Program-made: the position numbers and the translations under genes
Assembly: GCF_051649505.1 (NCBI RefSeq)
Contig: NZ_JBOFHF010000039.1
DNA: 64,000 nt
Origin: Cetobacterium sp.
GTDB taxonomy: Bacteria > Fusobacteriota > Fusobacteriia > Fusobacteriales > Fusobacteriaceae
Reading direction: 5' to 3' (one strand)
In this document: positions 33,705-43,176 of the stretch, piece after piece
How positions within the stretch are numbered: position 1 is the stretch's first letter
Layout of the letters: the number at the start of each line of letters is the position of its first letter
The notes under the pieces: generated by a model
What the model saw: only the letters and a program-made list of their open reading frames with translations
Database searches by the model: none
Told to the model about the DNA's origin: nothing

Positions 33705-35072
33705 ATGGATAAAAGACCAAAGCTTCATTTTACACCACCTAAAAATTGGATGAACGATCCAAATGGATTATGTTTTTATAAAGGAGAGTACCACCTGTTT
33801 TATCAGCACAACCCTGAGAATTGTTATTGGGGAAATATGACATGGGGACATGCAAAGAGTAAAGATCTTTTCAGTTGGGAGCATTTAGAATATGCCTTAA
33901 TTCCTGATAAAGGGTTTGCAGATGAGGATGGATGTTTTTCAGGAAGTGCTTTTATAGAAAATGATGAATTATATCTAGCTTATACAGGTATTGTAATGAC
34001 AGAGAAAAAAATAAATGAGCATGGTAATCCGGTTACAGCAACGGATGATTCGATGATATCAACTCAACTGTTTGCAAAATCAAAGGATGGAATACATTTT
34101 GAGAAATTAGAAACTGAAATAGTTGCGCCTGAAAATTCTTGTAAAGCTCATTTTAGAGATCCTAAAGTTTGGAAAAAAGATGAAGTTTATTACATGGTTG
34201 TTGGAGCAAAAGAGTCAGGAAAGGGAAAAATTCTTCTGTATAAATCTGAGGATTTAAAAGATTGGGAAGTTTTGAGTGAGATAAAGAAAGATGATTTTGG
34301 ATTTATGTGGGAGTGTCCGGATATGTTCAGTCTAGATGGGAAAGACGTTTTGATCTTTAGTCCTCAAGGAATAGGGCAGAATGGACAGGAACATATATCG
34401 GGATATTTTGTTGGAGAGTTGGATTATACGACTGGAAGTTATAGCTTTGATAAGTTTAATCTTTTAGATTATGGATTTGAATACTATGCTCCACAAACTT
34501 TTTTAGATGAAAAAGGAAGAAGAGTGTTGATAGGGTGGCTTGTTAACCACGCACCACTTCCAGGAGAGAATTGGTCAGGGATGATGACACTTCCAAGAGA
34601 GTTGAAAGTGATAGGAGAGAGATTATATTCGTATCCTGTAGAAGAGATATTGAGCTACAGAAAAGAGTTGATTCAAGTAGGCAGTGTAACTGAAAAGGGT
34701 ATCGAAATACTAGACGGTGCTTTTGATATGGAGTTTAAAGTTAATTTAGATAAGGATTTCAATTTAACAATATTCAAAAATGAAATTGAAGGATTGGAGT
34801 TATCTTGGGATGAGAAAGCATCAGTTTTAAAATTAGATAGAAGTGGAGTTATAAATGGTTTTAAAGCGTTAGAAACATTTGGAGTTAAAAGAGAGTTAGA
34901 GCTTTCGAATAGAGGCGTTGTTGATTTTAGAGTGATAGGGGATAAAAGTGTTGTTGAAATCTATGTAAATGGTGGAGAGTTTGTAATGTCATCTGTAATA
35001 AATAGAGATAAAACTCAAAATAATATTTTTTTCAAAGGAGAGTTTGAAGATATAAAACTTTGGAAAATTTAA
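33705..35072 (+). CDS. GH32 beta-fructofuranosidase / sucrose hydrolase
   Basis: WMNDPNG, FSGS, RDP and WECPD catalytic motifs. Confidence 0.95.
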   Translation: MDKRPKLHFTPPKNWMNDPNGLCFYKGEYHLFYQHNPENCYWGNMTWGHAKSKDLFSWEHLEYALIPDKGFADEDGCFSGSAFIENDELYLAYTGIVMTEKKINEHGNPVTATDDSMISTQLFAKSKDGIHFEKLETEIVAPENSCKAHFRDPKVWKKDEVYYMVVGAKESGKGKILLYKSEDLKDWEVLSEIKKDDFGFMWECPDMFSLDGKDVLIFSPQGIGQNGQEHISGYFVGELDYTTGSYSFDKFNLLDYGFEYYAPQTFLDEKGRRVLIGWLVNHAPLPGENWSGMMTLPRELKVIGERLYSYPVEEILSYRKELIQVGSVTEKGIEILDGAFDMEFKVNLDKDFNLTIFKNEIEGLELSWDEKASVLKLDRSGVINGFKALETFGVKRELELSNRGVVDFRVIGDKSVVEIYVNGGEFVMSSVINRDKTQNNIFFKGEFEDIKLWKI

Positions 35073-35100
35073 ATAAATTAAAACAAGACGGGAGTAAAAA

Positions 35101-35864
35101 ATGAAAAAGATGTTGATGGTTTCAATTGGGTTGTGTGCTTTGATGTTTGTGAGTGAAAACGGGTATGCTCAAAATAGTGAAGAAGTTATAGCGATTGAAA
35201 AAAGAGGTGGGGACTCTGGAATTGAAAACTATGGTGAAAATCAAATTAGATTCTTTGAATTGGAAAAAGAACTTAACTCTTTAAAAGGAAAAGAGTTTAA
35301 TTTCACAGGTTTTATAGGAACAAAAGTTGAAATAGAGCAGCTTTCGAATTTATCTATACATCTGAGAGTATAGATAATAGAGATGCAGTTAAATTAAAGC
35401 CCTCGGTTTACTACAAGCTAAATGAAAAGTTAGCTTTAAACAACTCGTTTCTTATAGGAAGAGAGTTTAAAGGTGGGTATGATGATTATGAGTTAATTGA
35501 GTTAGAACCAGGTTTTGGCTATAAGTTGAGAGATGATTTTGGTATGGGTATAAACTATTTCTTTAAATGGGGTCAGACATCAAACGAAAGATTCACAGAA
35601 AGAGAAAGATTTTTCAAACCGTATGTGTGGAAGAGTTTTGCAGATTTAGGATTAGAATTATCTCTGTGGGGAGAAATTGGTCCATATAGCAATAATAATG
35701 GTGCTAGACACAACAATACAAAATTTGGAATAACAGGAAATAAAACTTTAACAGAAACATTAAAGGTTGTTGGAGAGGTGAATTATAAAAGAGAGGAACA
35801 AAAGAGCTCTAAGAAAGATATAGATGTAACTTTTGTGATGCTAGGATTACAGTATAGTTTTTAA
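35101..35864 (+). pseudogene. Frameshifted outer-membrane porin-like gene (254 aa if repaired)
   Basis: The signal-peptide ORF from 35101 and the frame of the 35526 ORF (open from 35331) join with one extra base near 35330. The protein ends GLQYSF. Confidence 0.75.
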
Positions 35865-35868
35865 GATA

Positions 35869-35902
35869 AAAAGAGACCAGAAAAATTAATTCTGGTCTTT
35901 TA
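35869..35902. terminator. Bidirectional terminator; copy 2 of the 29-bp direct repeat
   Basis: AAAAGAGACCAGAA/TTCTGGTCTTTT hairpin; 26/29 identical to 29262-29290. Confidence 0.8.
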
Positions 35903-36172
35903 TAATTTTTTATAAATTTCGCCTCTATTACCAGCTAGTAAAACTTCTATTATTACAATCTGTCCATTTACAACTTTGAAAATTATTCTATAATCTTTTA
36001 TTCGCATTCTCAAAAGTCCTTTAAATCCTTTCAAAGCTTTTATATCTGTATTTGGATTTTCATTTATTATATTTTTTTTAAACATCTCTTCGATATCTTT
36101 ATGTTTAGTAAAAAATTTATTTGCACTCTTAGAGTAGTTAAATTTACACTTCAACTGTTTCACTTCTTTCAA
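35900..36172 (-). CDS. RelE/ParE-family type II toxin (true start uncertain: 36172, 36163 or 36154)
   Basis: LLRMRIKDYRIIF...GNRGEIYK RelE-type C-terminus; overlaps the antitoxin stop. Confidence 0.8.
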   Translation of the reverse strand: MKEVKQLKCKFNYSKSANKFFTKHKDIEEMFKKNIINENPNTDIKALKGFKGLLRMRIKDYRIIFKVVNGQIVIIEVLLAGNRGEIYKKL

Positions 36173-36410
36173 TCGTTAGATCATCATCAGTTAAAGAGTT
36201 TAAAGCCTCTAAAATTGCTACTTCTTCCTCTTCATCTACATATTCAGTAATACTATTTAATCTATAAAAAATACTATTTTTTCTTTTTTCAAGAGCCATC
36301 TGAATTCCTTCTCTTATTAATTCACTCATGCTCTCATCATATATTTTAGAAACTTTTTTAATATCATCTATCAATTCTTGGTCCAGTCTTAAATTAAAAC
36401 TATTTTTCAT
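36144..36410 (-). CDS. Ribbon-helix-helix antitoxin
   Basis: NSFNLRLDQELIDDIKK...SMSELIREGI RHH pattern with an acidic C-terminus; lies upstream of the RelE-like gene. Confidence 0.75.
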   Translation of the reverse strand: MKNSFNLRLDQELIDDIKKVSKIYDESMSELIREGIQMALEKRKNSIFYRLNSITEYVDEEEEVAILEALNSLTDDDLTIERSETVEV

Positions 36411-36439
36411 ATTTCACCTCTCAATAATATAATTGGTAC

Positions 36440-36479
36440 ATTGTATATACAATATATCATATGTGTATGTAAAAATCAA
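36440..36479 (-). promoter_or_regulatory. TA promoter with a palindromic operator
   Basis: TTGATT-N17-TATATT on the minus strand. The perfect palindrome ATTGTATATACAAT (36440-36453) overlaps the -10. Confidence 0.65.
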
Positions 36480-36500
36480 AAATTAAATTATTTTGAATAT

Positions 36501-36536
36501 AAAAAAGCTGTAGAAACTCATCTTCTACAGCTTTTT
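36501..36536 (-). terminator. Terminator
   Basis: AAAAAGCTGTAGAA/TTCTACAGCTTTTT 14-bp stem. Confidence 0.85.
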
Positions 36537-36548
36537 GCTTTTGAATTA

Positions 36549-37163
36549 TTAATAAAGTTTTAGAGATATCGTAGAGATAAAGGCTCCAACATATGAAACG
36601 TTGAATGAAAGGTAGTCTGTGATATCATAGCCAACTCCAACATTAGCTCCGATGATGTAATCTCCACCGATGTTTGTATTAAACTTCGATTTTTTTATAA
36701 CCTCTCCAGTTTCGTTGTCATAGATGTAGTTCTCTTTCTCATATCCCTTTACAACCCCAACTCCAAGGCTAAGGTAGAAATCATTTAAACTTTTAAATGG
36801 TCTTAAATACTTCCCAGCTGCTAAAACGTACGAGTCGTTATCAAAACTGTTTTTAAAATACCCAAAGCTAATCCCAAAATCTTCGATTGGTCTATACTCA
36901 AATCCAATTAGATTCGTATCGTTGTTGTAGATGTCATTGTCGTTTGTATGTGTAGTGTAGATACTTCCAATCAGTCTCAGTTCAGGCTTGAAAACTTTTT
37001 CATTTGATTGAAACTCTACAATAGTAGCGTCATTAGTAGTAATAGTCTCTTCGATAGCCACTTCACTTTTAAGTTCTAAAGGTGCTATATCAACGATCTC
37101 CTTAGCAAAAGCAAGGTTTCCTAAAACAAAAAGTGTTGTTAATAATTTTGTATAAAATTTAAT
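36549..37163 (-). CDS. Hypothetical outer-membrane beta-barrel protein (PagP-like pattern), probable ATT start
   Basis: GGAGG-7nt-ATT gives the signal peptide MKFYTKLLTTLFVLGNLAFA. It has N.N..LIGFEY, GYFKNS and GVVKGY strands. Confidence 0.6.
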   Translation of the reverse strand: MKFYTKLLTTLFVLGNLAFAKEIVDIAPLELKSEVAIEETITTNDATIVEFQSNEKVFKPELRLIGSIYTTHTNDNDIYNNDTNLIGFEYRPIEDFGISFGYFKNSFDNDSYVLAAGKYLRPFKSLNDFYLSLGVGVVKGYEKENYIYDNETGEVIKKSKFNTNIGGDYIIGANVGVGYDITDYLSFNVSYVGAFISTISLKLY

Positions 37164-37374
37164 TTTAATCCCTCCAGGTACAAACAATTTGTTATTTTTT
37201 TCACACAGAAGCGGTGCATTCTATTATACCCTATTATCCGAGAATCGTCTATAAAGAGAAAATAAAAGATCTATAAAATTACATCTTCTTGACTTTTGAA
37301 GACTATATTTATATACTATAATACGTATAAAAAATAACAGAAGAGAAAGAGTTAGATAGTATCGGGAGGATTTT

Positions 37375-38835
37375 TTGAAGCATTATATAAAGATTTTAAA
37401 TTGCATCTTTCTCTTTATATTGATATTTTCAATGTATATGAGGAAAGAATGGTTACACACAGAAATCTCTACATCAATTGAACATATAAATAACAGTTTT
37501 GATGAAAAAATATATATACTAAAAAACGAGATACATTATTTGAATAAAACAAAAAAAATATTGGAGCTCCCAGAGTATGAGGTTGAGGGACCAATAACTT
37601 ATTTTGCAACTGATGGGTATGGAGTCTATCTAGATAGAGTTTCTCCACTTCCAGAAACCTATGAGTTTTATAATTTAAGGGGCGCAAAGATGGCCTTAAA
37701 TGCGAGACTAAATGATTCGGTTTTAGGGATTATTTATAATAAGGCTAAAGAGGTTGAAGCTGAAAAGCTTTTAGAAAATCAGGAGAATTTTTGTCGAGGA
37801 AAAGGGGATATCGTTTTTGTAGATACCTACGATGAGAGATGGGTTAAAATTTTCCAGAAGAACTCACTTTCAAAAGATTTCTTTAAAAACAAAAAAAGTA
37901 TATCGAGAAACAATATAGATTATGCAGTTTACGATTCGTATATTGATAAAGTTTTTAATAAAAATATGTTCTCTATTATTATACCAACCTATGATATAAA
38001 CGATGATATAGAGTATCTAAGAGGGATTTGGTATTTTGACTTCAATGAGAAGTTTTTTGAAAAGGATTTGAAAAAAGCTAAGGGTAAGTTAGGTTTAAAT
38101 CTAGCTGTTGTAGATTCAAAAAATAAAGTTGTAGGCTCAACAGAGGAGGACTTTAATTTTACAGAGGCGACTATGAAGGACTATTATAGTTATAAGTTAG
38201 GAAAAACGAGCTATAGAGTTCTTGTAGAAAGAATAGGTATTAAAAACCTTTTGGGTTATGAAGAGCTTATATTTATTATGTTTTTAATCTCTTTAAAAAT
38301 GTATGGATATAAAAAAGAGAAGCTTCAAATAGAGGTTGAAAAGTTAAAAGTTGCAGAAAAGATAAGAGACCATTTATTGGTGAGGGACTCTTTGACAAAG
38401 ATGTACAACAGATATTTTATAGAGAAGAGTTTAGGATATCCACTTCAAAAATGTGGAGTTGTTTTGATAGATATAGATCACTTTAAAAGTATAAATGATA
38501 ACTATGGACATGAAAAGGGAGACCATATTTTGCGTGCTGTGAGTAATATCATAAAACTTTTAGGTGGTAAAAATGTACATGGAATACGTTGGGGTGGCGA
38601 GGAGTTTCTTGTTCTTTTCAAAGACACGGATAGATATAAACTTTTAAGAAAGCTAGAGCTAATCCAGGTGTCGATTAAAAAGCTGCGGATAGTAGAAAAT
38701 AGAGTTGTAACAGTTTCGATAGGAGCTTTGATAGATGATATAGATAGTAAAGAAGCTCTTTATAAAGCTGTTTCAGAGAGTGATAAAAATCTATATAAAG
38801 CAAAAAACTCGGGAAGAGATAGAATAGTGATATAA
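37375..38835 (+). CDS. Membrane-anchored sensor diguanylate cyclase (GGDEF)
   Basis: Two TM segments flanking a periplasmic region, then RDSLT, DIDHFKSINDNYGH..GD, RWGGEEF and AKNSGRDR. Confidence 0.9.
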   Translation: MKHYIKILNCIFLFILIFSMYMRKEWLHTEISTSIEHINNSFDEKIYILKNEIHYLNKTKKILELPEYEVEGPITYFATDGYGVYLDRVSPLPETYEFYNLRGAKMALNARLNDSVLGIIYNKAKEVEAEKLLENQENFCRGKGDIVFVDTYDERWVKIFQKNSLSKDFFKNKKSISRNNIDYAVYDSYIDKVFNKNMFSIIIPTYDINDDIEYLRGIWYFDFNEKFFEKDLKKAKGKLGLNLAVVDSKNKVVGSTEEDFNFTEATMKDYYSYKLGKTSYRVLVERIGIKNLLGYEELIFIMFLISLKMYGYKKEKLQIEVEKLKVAEKIRDHLLVRDSLTKMYNRYFIEKSLGYPLQKCGVVLIDIDHFKSINDNYGHEKGDHILRAVSNIIKLLGGKNVHGIRWGGEEFLVLFKDTDRYKLLRKLELIQVSIKKLRIVENRVVTVSIGALIDDIDSKEALYKAVSESDKNLYKAKNSGRDRIVI

Positions 38836-38838
38836 GAA

Positions 38839-38869
38839 AAGCCAACCGGTTAAAATAGGTTGGCTTCTT
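38839..38869 (+). terminator. Terminator
   Basis: AAGCCAACC/GGTTGGCTT stem. Confidence 0.7.
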
Positions 38870-38980
38870 ATATATTAAAAAAGTTTACATGAAATTTAAG
38901 ACAAAAAAAATATCTATCTATGTTATAATAATATTAAATAATGAACTAAGACTAAGAAAATAAAAGTGAGGAAAGTTTTT

Positions 38981-40063
38981 ATGATTAGAAAAGTTAATCG
39001 TGTTATACAAGATTTTCTAAGGCCCATTAGATTAGGTATTGGAAAGATGATGTGGGATAAAAAAGATAGGAAAAGTCTAGAGTTAGTACAAGGTGATAGA
39101 GTTGATATGAAGAGTGTCAAATCTATTCTTTTTTTACGTTACGATGGGAAAATTGGAGATATGGTGATCAATACTTTGCTATTTAGAGAGGTAAAGAAAA
39201 AATATCCAAATGTGAAAATAGGTGTAGTTGCTAGAGGAGCAGCAAAGGATATTGTAAAGTTTAATCCATATGTAGATGAGATCTATGACTATGAAAAGGG
39301 AAAAGAGAGATCTTTAGGAGAGAGAGTAAGAAAAGAGCAATATGATGTTGTAGTAGATTTCTCTGAGATGTTACGTGTAAATCAGATGAAGCTTGTAAAT
39401 CTATGTGGCGGTAAGGTAAACATAGGTTTAGATAAAGAGAGCTGGAAACTTTTTGATCTCAGTTATAAAAAAAGTTATGATAAACATATAACAGAGATGT
39501 ATAAAAACATATTAAAGCTTTTAGGGATAGAAAATCCAGATTTGAGTTATGAGATATATAGTGATAAAGATGTCAAAAATAGAATAGATAGGATAGTTAA
39601 AGGTGTAGAGGGAGAGATTATAGTATTGAACCCATATGCAGCTAGTAAACATAGAAGTTTTAATAGAGAGAGAATTTTAGAGATATCTAAGAAAGTTTTA
39701 AAAGATCAGAAAAATGTACTTTTATATATAGGAGAGCCTAGTAAAAAAGCTGAGATTTTAGAGATTATAGAAACCTTAAAATGTAGTAGAGTTTTATATC
39801 CACAACTAAAGGGGATTTTAGATGTAGCTGAGCTAATATCTCATGCAAAGTATATAATAACACCAGATACATCTATTGTTCATATAGGCGTATCTAAAAA
39901 TATACCTATGAGTGCTGTTTATAGATTGGATACTGGGGATAACAACTCAATTGTATGGGGACCAAACTCAGAGCGTGTAAAACAGATTTTCTCAAAAGAT
40001 GTTCCAAAAGTTGGAGAAGAAGCTGATATAAATAAGTTTGATGTAGAGGAGATTGTAGTATGA
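38981..40063 (+). CDS. GT9 LPS heptosyltransferase
   Basis: LRYDGKIGDMV and ITPDTSIVHIG GT9 motifs. GTG 38966 is an alternative start. Confidence 0.88.
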   Translation: MIRKVNRVIQDFLRPIRLGIGKMMWDKKDRKSLELVQGDRVDMKSVKSILFLRYDGKIGDMVINTLLFREVKKKYPNVKIGVVARGAAKDIVKFNPYVDEIYDYEKGKERSLGERVRKEQYDVVVDFSEMLRVNQMKLVNLCGGKVNIGLDKESWKLFDLSYKKSYDKHITEMYKNILKLLGIENPDLSYEIYSDKDVKNRIDRIVKGVEGEIIVLNPYAASKHRSFNRERILEISKKVLKDQKNVLLYIGEPSKKAEILEIIETLKCSRVLYPQLKGILDVAELISHAKYIITPDTSIVHIGVSKNIPMSAVYRLDTGDNNSIVWGPNSERVKQIFSKDVPKVGEEADINKFDVEEIVV

Positions 40064-41229
40064 AGAAGAAGATAGCCATATACAACGGACAGCTATATAT
40101 GGGTGGAATCGAAAGAGTTTTAATAAACTATTTGGAAAAGTTATCAAAAGAACCAGAACTAGATATTACACTGATAATAAAAGAGAATATTCCTGAGAAA
40201 AATATATTTTTAAATGAGGTTCCAGATAATATAAAGGTAGTTTTTATAAAATCTGAAGAGATGTGTAGAAATACAGATAGATTAAGAGCGAATAAGAAAA
40301 GTTTTATCTCTAGGTTACAGTACCAATGGGCTCTATTCTATGAAAGAGTTGTTATGAAAAATTGGGTAAAAAAGCATTTTGAAACTAATAAATACCATAC
40401 AGTTATAGATTTTGATATGAGTTTATCAAAATATGTTGCAGAGGTAAAGCAAGATGTTGTAGCCTGGGTTCACTTTACATTAAAAGGTAGAAAAAAGAAA
40501 AGAGTTAAACTATTTAGAGAAAAGTGTGAATACTATAAAAAAATTGTTGTTATCTGCGATGACATGAAAGATGAATTAGTTGAGCTTATGCCTGAATATG
40601 CTGAAAAAGTTGTAAGGGTATATAACCCTATGGATTTTGAAACTATAAAAAGGAAAGCAAACGATGAATCAGAGTTATCAGAAGCTGATAAAAAATTATT
40701 GAATGAAAAGTATTTCGTAGCGGTATCAAGACTTGTAGCTGGAAAAAATAGGGTTGCTTTGGTAGAGATATATTCTGAATTGAAGAAAAAAGGGGTTAAC
40801 CATAAACTATATATTTTAGGTGATGGTGAAGATAAACCTAATATAGAGAAAAAGATAGAGGAGTTAAAACTTCAAAATGATGTGCTTCTTTTAGGAAATA
40901 GAAAAAATCCATTTCCATTCATGAAAAACGCAGAGCTGTTTTTACACACATCTATGGGAGAGGGACTACCAACAGTTTTTGTAGAAGCGATGTTGTGTGA
41001 TACTATTGTGGTGGCTTATGATTGTCCGACTGGTCCTAGAGAGATATTAGCAGATGGAAAAGCTGGTGGGTTAATTCAATTGAATAATAAAGAGGCTTTT
41101 GAGAACAAAGTTTTAGAGATATTAGAGAGTAGTGATTTACAAAACAAGATAAAAGCAGAGATGAAGTCAAAAGTAGTTGAATTTAACTACGAGCATATAA
41201 GTAAAGAATTATTGGAGTTATTTAAATGA
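40060..41229 (+). CDS. GT4 glycosyltransferase (LPS core)
   Basis: MGGIERVL and EGLPTVFVEAM...YDCPTGPREIL. Confidence 0.88.
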   Translation: MKKKIAIYNGQLYMGGIERVLINYLEKLSKEPELDITLIIKENIPEKNIFLNEVPDNIKVVFIKSEEMCRNTDRLRANKKSFISRLQYQWALFYERVVMKNWVKKHFETNKYHTVIDFDMSLSKYVAEVKQDVVAWVHFTLKGRKKKRVKLFREKCEYYKKIVVICDDMKDELVELMPEYAEKVVRVYNPMDFETIKRKANDESELSEADKKLLNEKYFVAVSRLVAGKNRVALVEIYSELKKKGVNHKLYILGDGEDKPNIEKKIEELKLQNDVLLLGNRKNPFPFMKNAELFLHTSMGEGLPTVFVEAMLCDTIVVAYDCPTGPREILADGKAGGLIQLNNKEAFENKVLEILESSDLQNKIKAEMKSKVVEFNYEHISKELLELFK

Positions 41230-41966
41230 TAAAAAAAAGCGAATATAAAAATTTTGAGATTCATTATAAAACAGAAGCTTCTAAGATATTAGCTCAAAAA
41301 GTTTTAGATACGGATTATAAAGTAGTTCAAGAGTATAAAAATACAGAGAGAAATTATGTTGCTAAAATTATTTTAGACGAAAAAACTTATGTTTTAAAAT
41401 CTCCAAAAGCTGAAACTGTTATACCTCAAAGAAAACTAGGAACAGCTTTTAAAAAAGGAGAGGGACTTACAAGCTTCCTAAATATTGACAGAGCTCAAGA
41501 GATAGGAATAGATTTCTTTATAGAACCTTTAGCTGTTATGGTTAGAAGAGGAGTTTTTGTAAAAGAGAGTTTTATACTTATGGATTATATTGAGGGAGAG
41601 AACATAAAAACAGTAGAAGATATAGATATAATTATGAAGATGGTAGAAAGAATTCATGAAAAAGGAATATATCATGGAGATTTAAATACATCAAACTTTA
41701 TAAAAACAAAAGCTGGAATAAAAATAATAGATTCTCAAGCTAAAAGAGAGAAAATTTGGCATTTTAAAAGAGGATATGATATTTTAACTATGAAAAATGA
41801 TCTTTTAGTTTTACTTTTAAAATATGATGTCGAGAAAAATTATAGAGTTAAAAGGGACTTAGGGTACCTTTTAGCTTATTTTATAAAGAACTTTAAAAAG
41901 CTTTCATTAATAAAAAAGATTAGAGAGATTAAAATTAAACTCAGAAATAAAGGGTGGAAGGTGTAG
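41226..41966 (+). CDS. waaY: LPS core heptose kinase (RfaY/WaaY family)
   Basis: YVLKSP, YHGDLNTSNF and IID kinase motifs within a core cluster. Confidence 0.75.
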   Translation: MIKKSEYKNFEIHYKTEASKILAQKVLDTDYKVVQEYKNTERNYVAKIILDEKTYVLKSPKAETVIPQRKLGTAFKKGEGLTSFLNIDRAQEIGIDFFIEPLAVMVRRGVFVKESFILMDYIEGENIKTVEDIDIIMKMVERIHEKGIYHGDLNTSNFIKTKAGIKIIDSQAKREKIWHFKRGYDILTMKNDLLVLLLKYDVEKNYRVKRDLGYLLAYFIKNFKKLSLIKKIREIKIKLRNKGWKV

Positions 41967-41967
41967 C

Positions 41968-43161
41968 ATGAAAAACTTAGTAGTTAGAAGTGGAAGCCTT
42001 CGTATGGGTGGACTTGAAAGAGTTCTTATAGAGATGCTTCAGAACTTAGATAGAGAAAAATACAAAATCTCCTTGATAATAGAGGATAATTCAGGAGAGG
42101 AAAATGTATTTTTAAATGATGTCCCTAAAGGGATAGAGATATATTTTTTAAAACCCGAAGAGTTGATAAAAAGAACACACTATCATAGAGAGAGAAAAAG
42201 TAATATCTATAATAAAGTGATGTATAATCTATTAATGATGAAAGAACATAGTTTTGTTTTAGAGAGAACCAAAGAGGTTTTAAAAGAGATTGAATCTAAA
42301 AATGGAGAGATAGATGTATTTTTAGATTATGACTGGGGAGCTAGAAGATATGTTGAAAAGCTAGAAGCAAAGAAGAAAATAGTTTGGATACACAACTCGG
42401 TTCCAAAACTTTTAAAGAAAGAATCAAAGATAGTAAGATTTGGAAAAAATTTAGATAAATACGATACTGTTGTTGCTATATGTGATGATATGAAAAAAGA
42501 GTTAGAGGAGATATATCCTTATTTAAAAGGAAAAGTAAAAAGAGTTTATAATCCTTTTAATTTCAATAGAATTTTAGGACTTTCAGAAGATAAGAGCGAA
42601 TTGACAGAAGAGCAGAAAAGATTTATACATGAAGATTATATAGTTGCTGTTTCAAGATTAGATACAGTGCAAAAGGATTATGAAACTTTAATAAAGGGAT
42701 ATAAAATAGCTTTAGAAAATGGAATAACGGAGAAATTATATATAATTGGTGATGGACCTGATAGAAAAGAGATTGAGGAGTTAATAAAAACTAACTCTTT
42801 AGAAGAAAATGTAAAGCTTATAGGAAAGACTAAAAATCCATATGTATGGATGAAAAATAGTAAGTTATTTGTTCATAGTTCAAATTATGAAGGGTTACCA
42901 ACAGTTTTAATAGAAGCGATGATATGTGGTAAAGTTGTAATCTCTTCAAATTGCCCAACAGGACCTTTTGAAATTTTAAAAGGTGGAGAGGTTGGAGTTC
43001 TTTTTGAAGTGAAAGATTACAAAAAATTAGCTAAAGAGTTGACAGCTTTATTGAGGGATAAAAAAGAGTTAGAGAGATTTGAAGGTTTAGTCACAGAAAG
43101 AGTAAAAGAATTTAGAAGTGATATAGTGATAAAAGAGTATGAAAAAACAATAGATTTTTAA
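41968..43161 (+). CDS. GT4 glycosyltransferase (LPS core)
   Basis: RSGSLRMGGLERVL and EGLPTVLIEAM. Confidence 0.88.
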   Translation: MKNLVVRSGSLRMGGLERVLIEMLQNLDREKYKISLIIEDNSGEENVFLNDVPKGIEIYFLKPEELIKRTHYHRERKSNIYNKVMYNLLMMKEHSFVLERTKEVLKEIESKNGEIDVFLDYDWGARRYVEKLEAKKKIVWIHNSVPKLLKKESKIVRFGKNLDKYDTVVAICDDMKKELEEIYPYLKGKVKRVYNPFNFNRILGLSEDKSELTEEQKRFIHEDYIVAVSRLDTVQKDYETLIKGYKIALENGITEKLYIIGDGPDRKEIEELIKTNSLEENVKLIGKTKNPYVWMKNSKLFVHSSNYEGLPTVLIEAMICGKVVISSNCPTGPFEILKGGEVGVLFEVKDYKKLAKELTALLRDKKELERFEGLVTERVKEFRSDIVIKEYEKTIDF

Positions 43162-43176
43162 TAGGGAGATTTCAGT

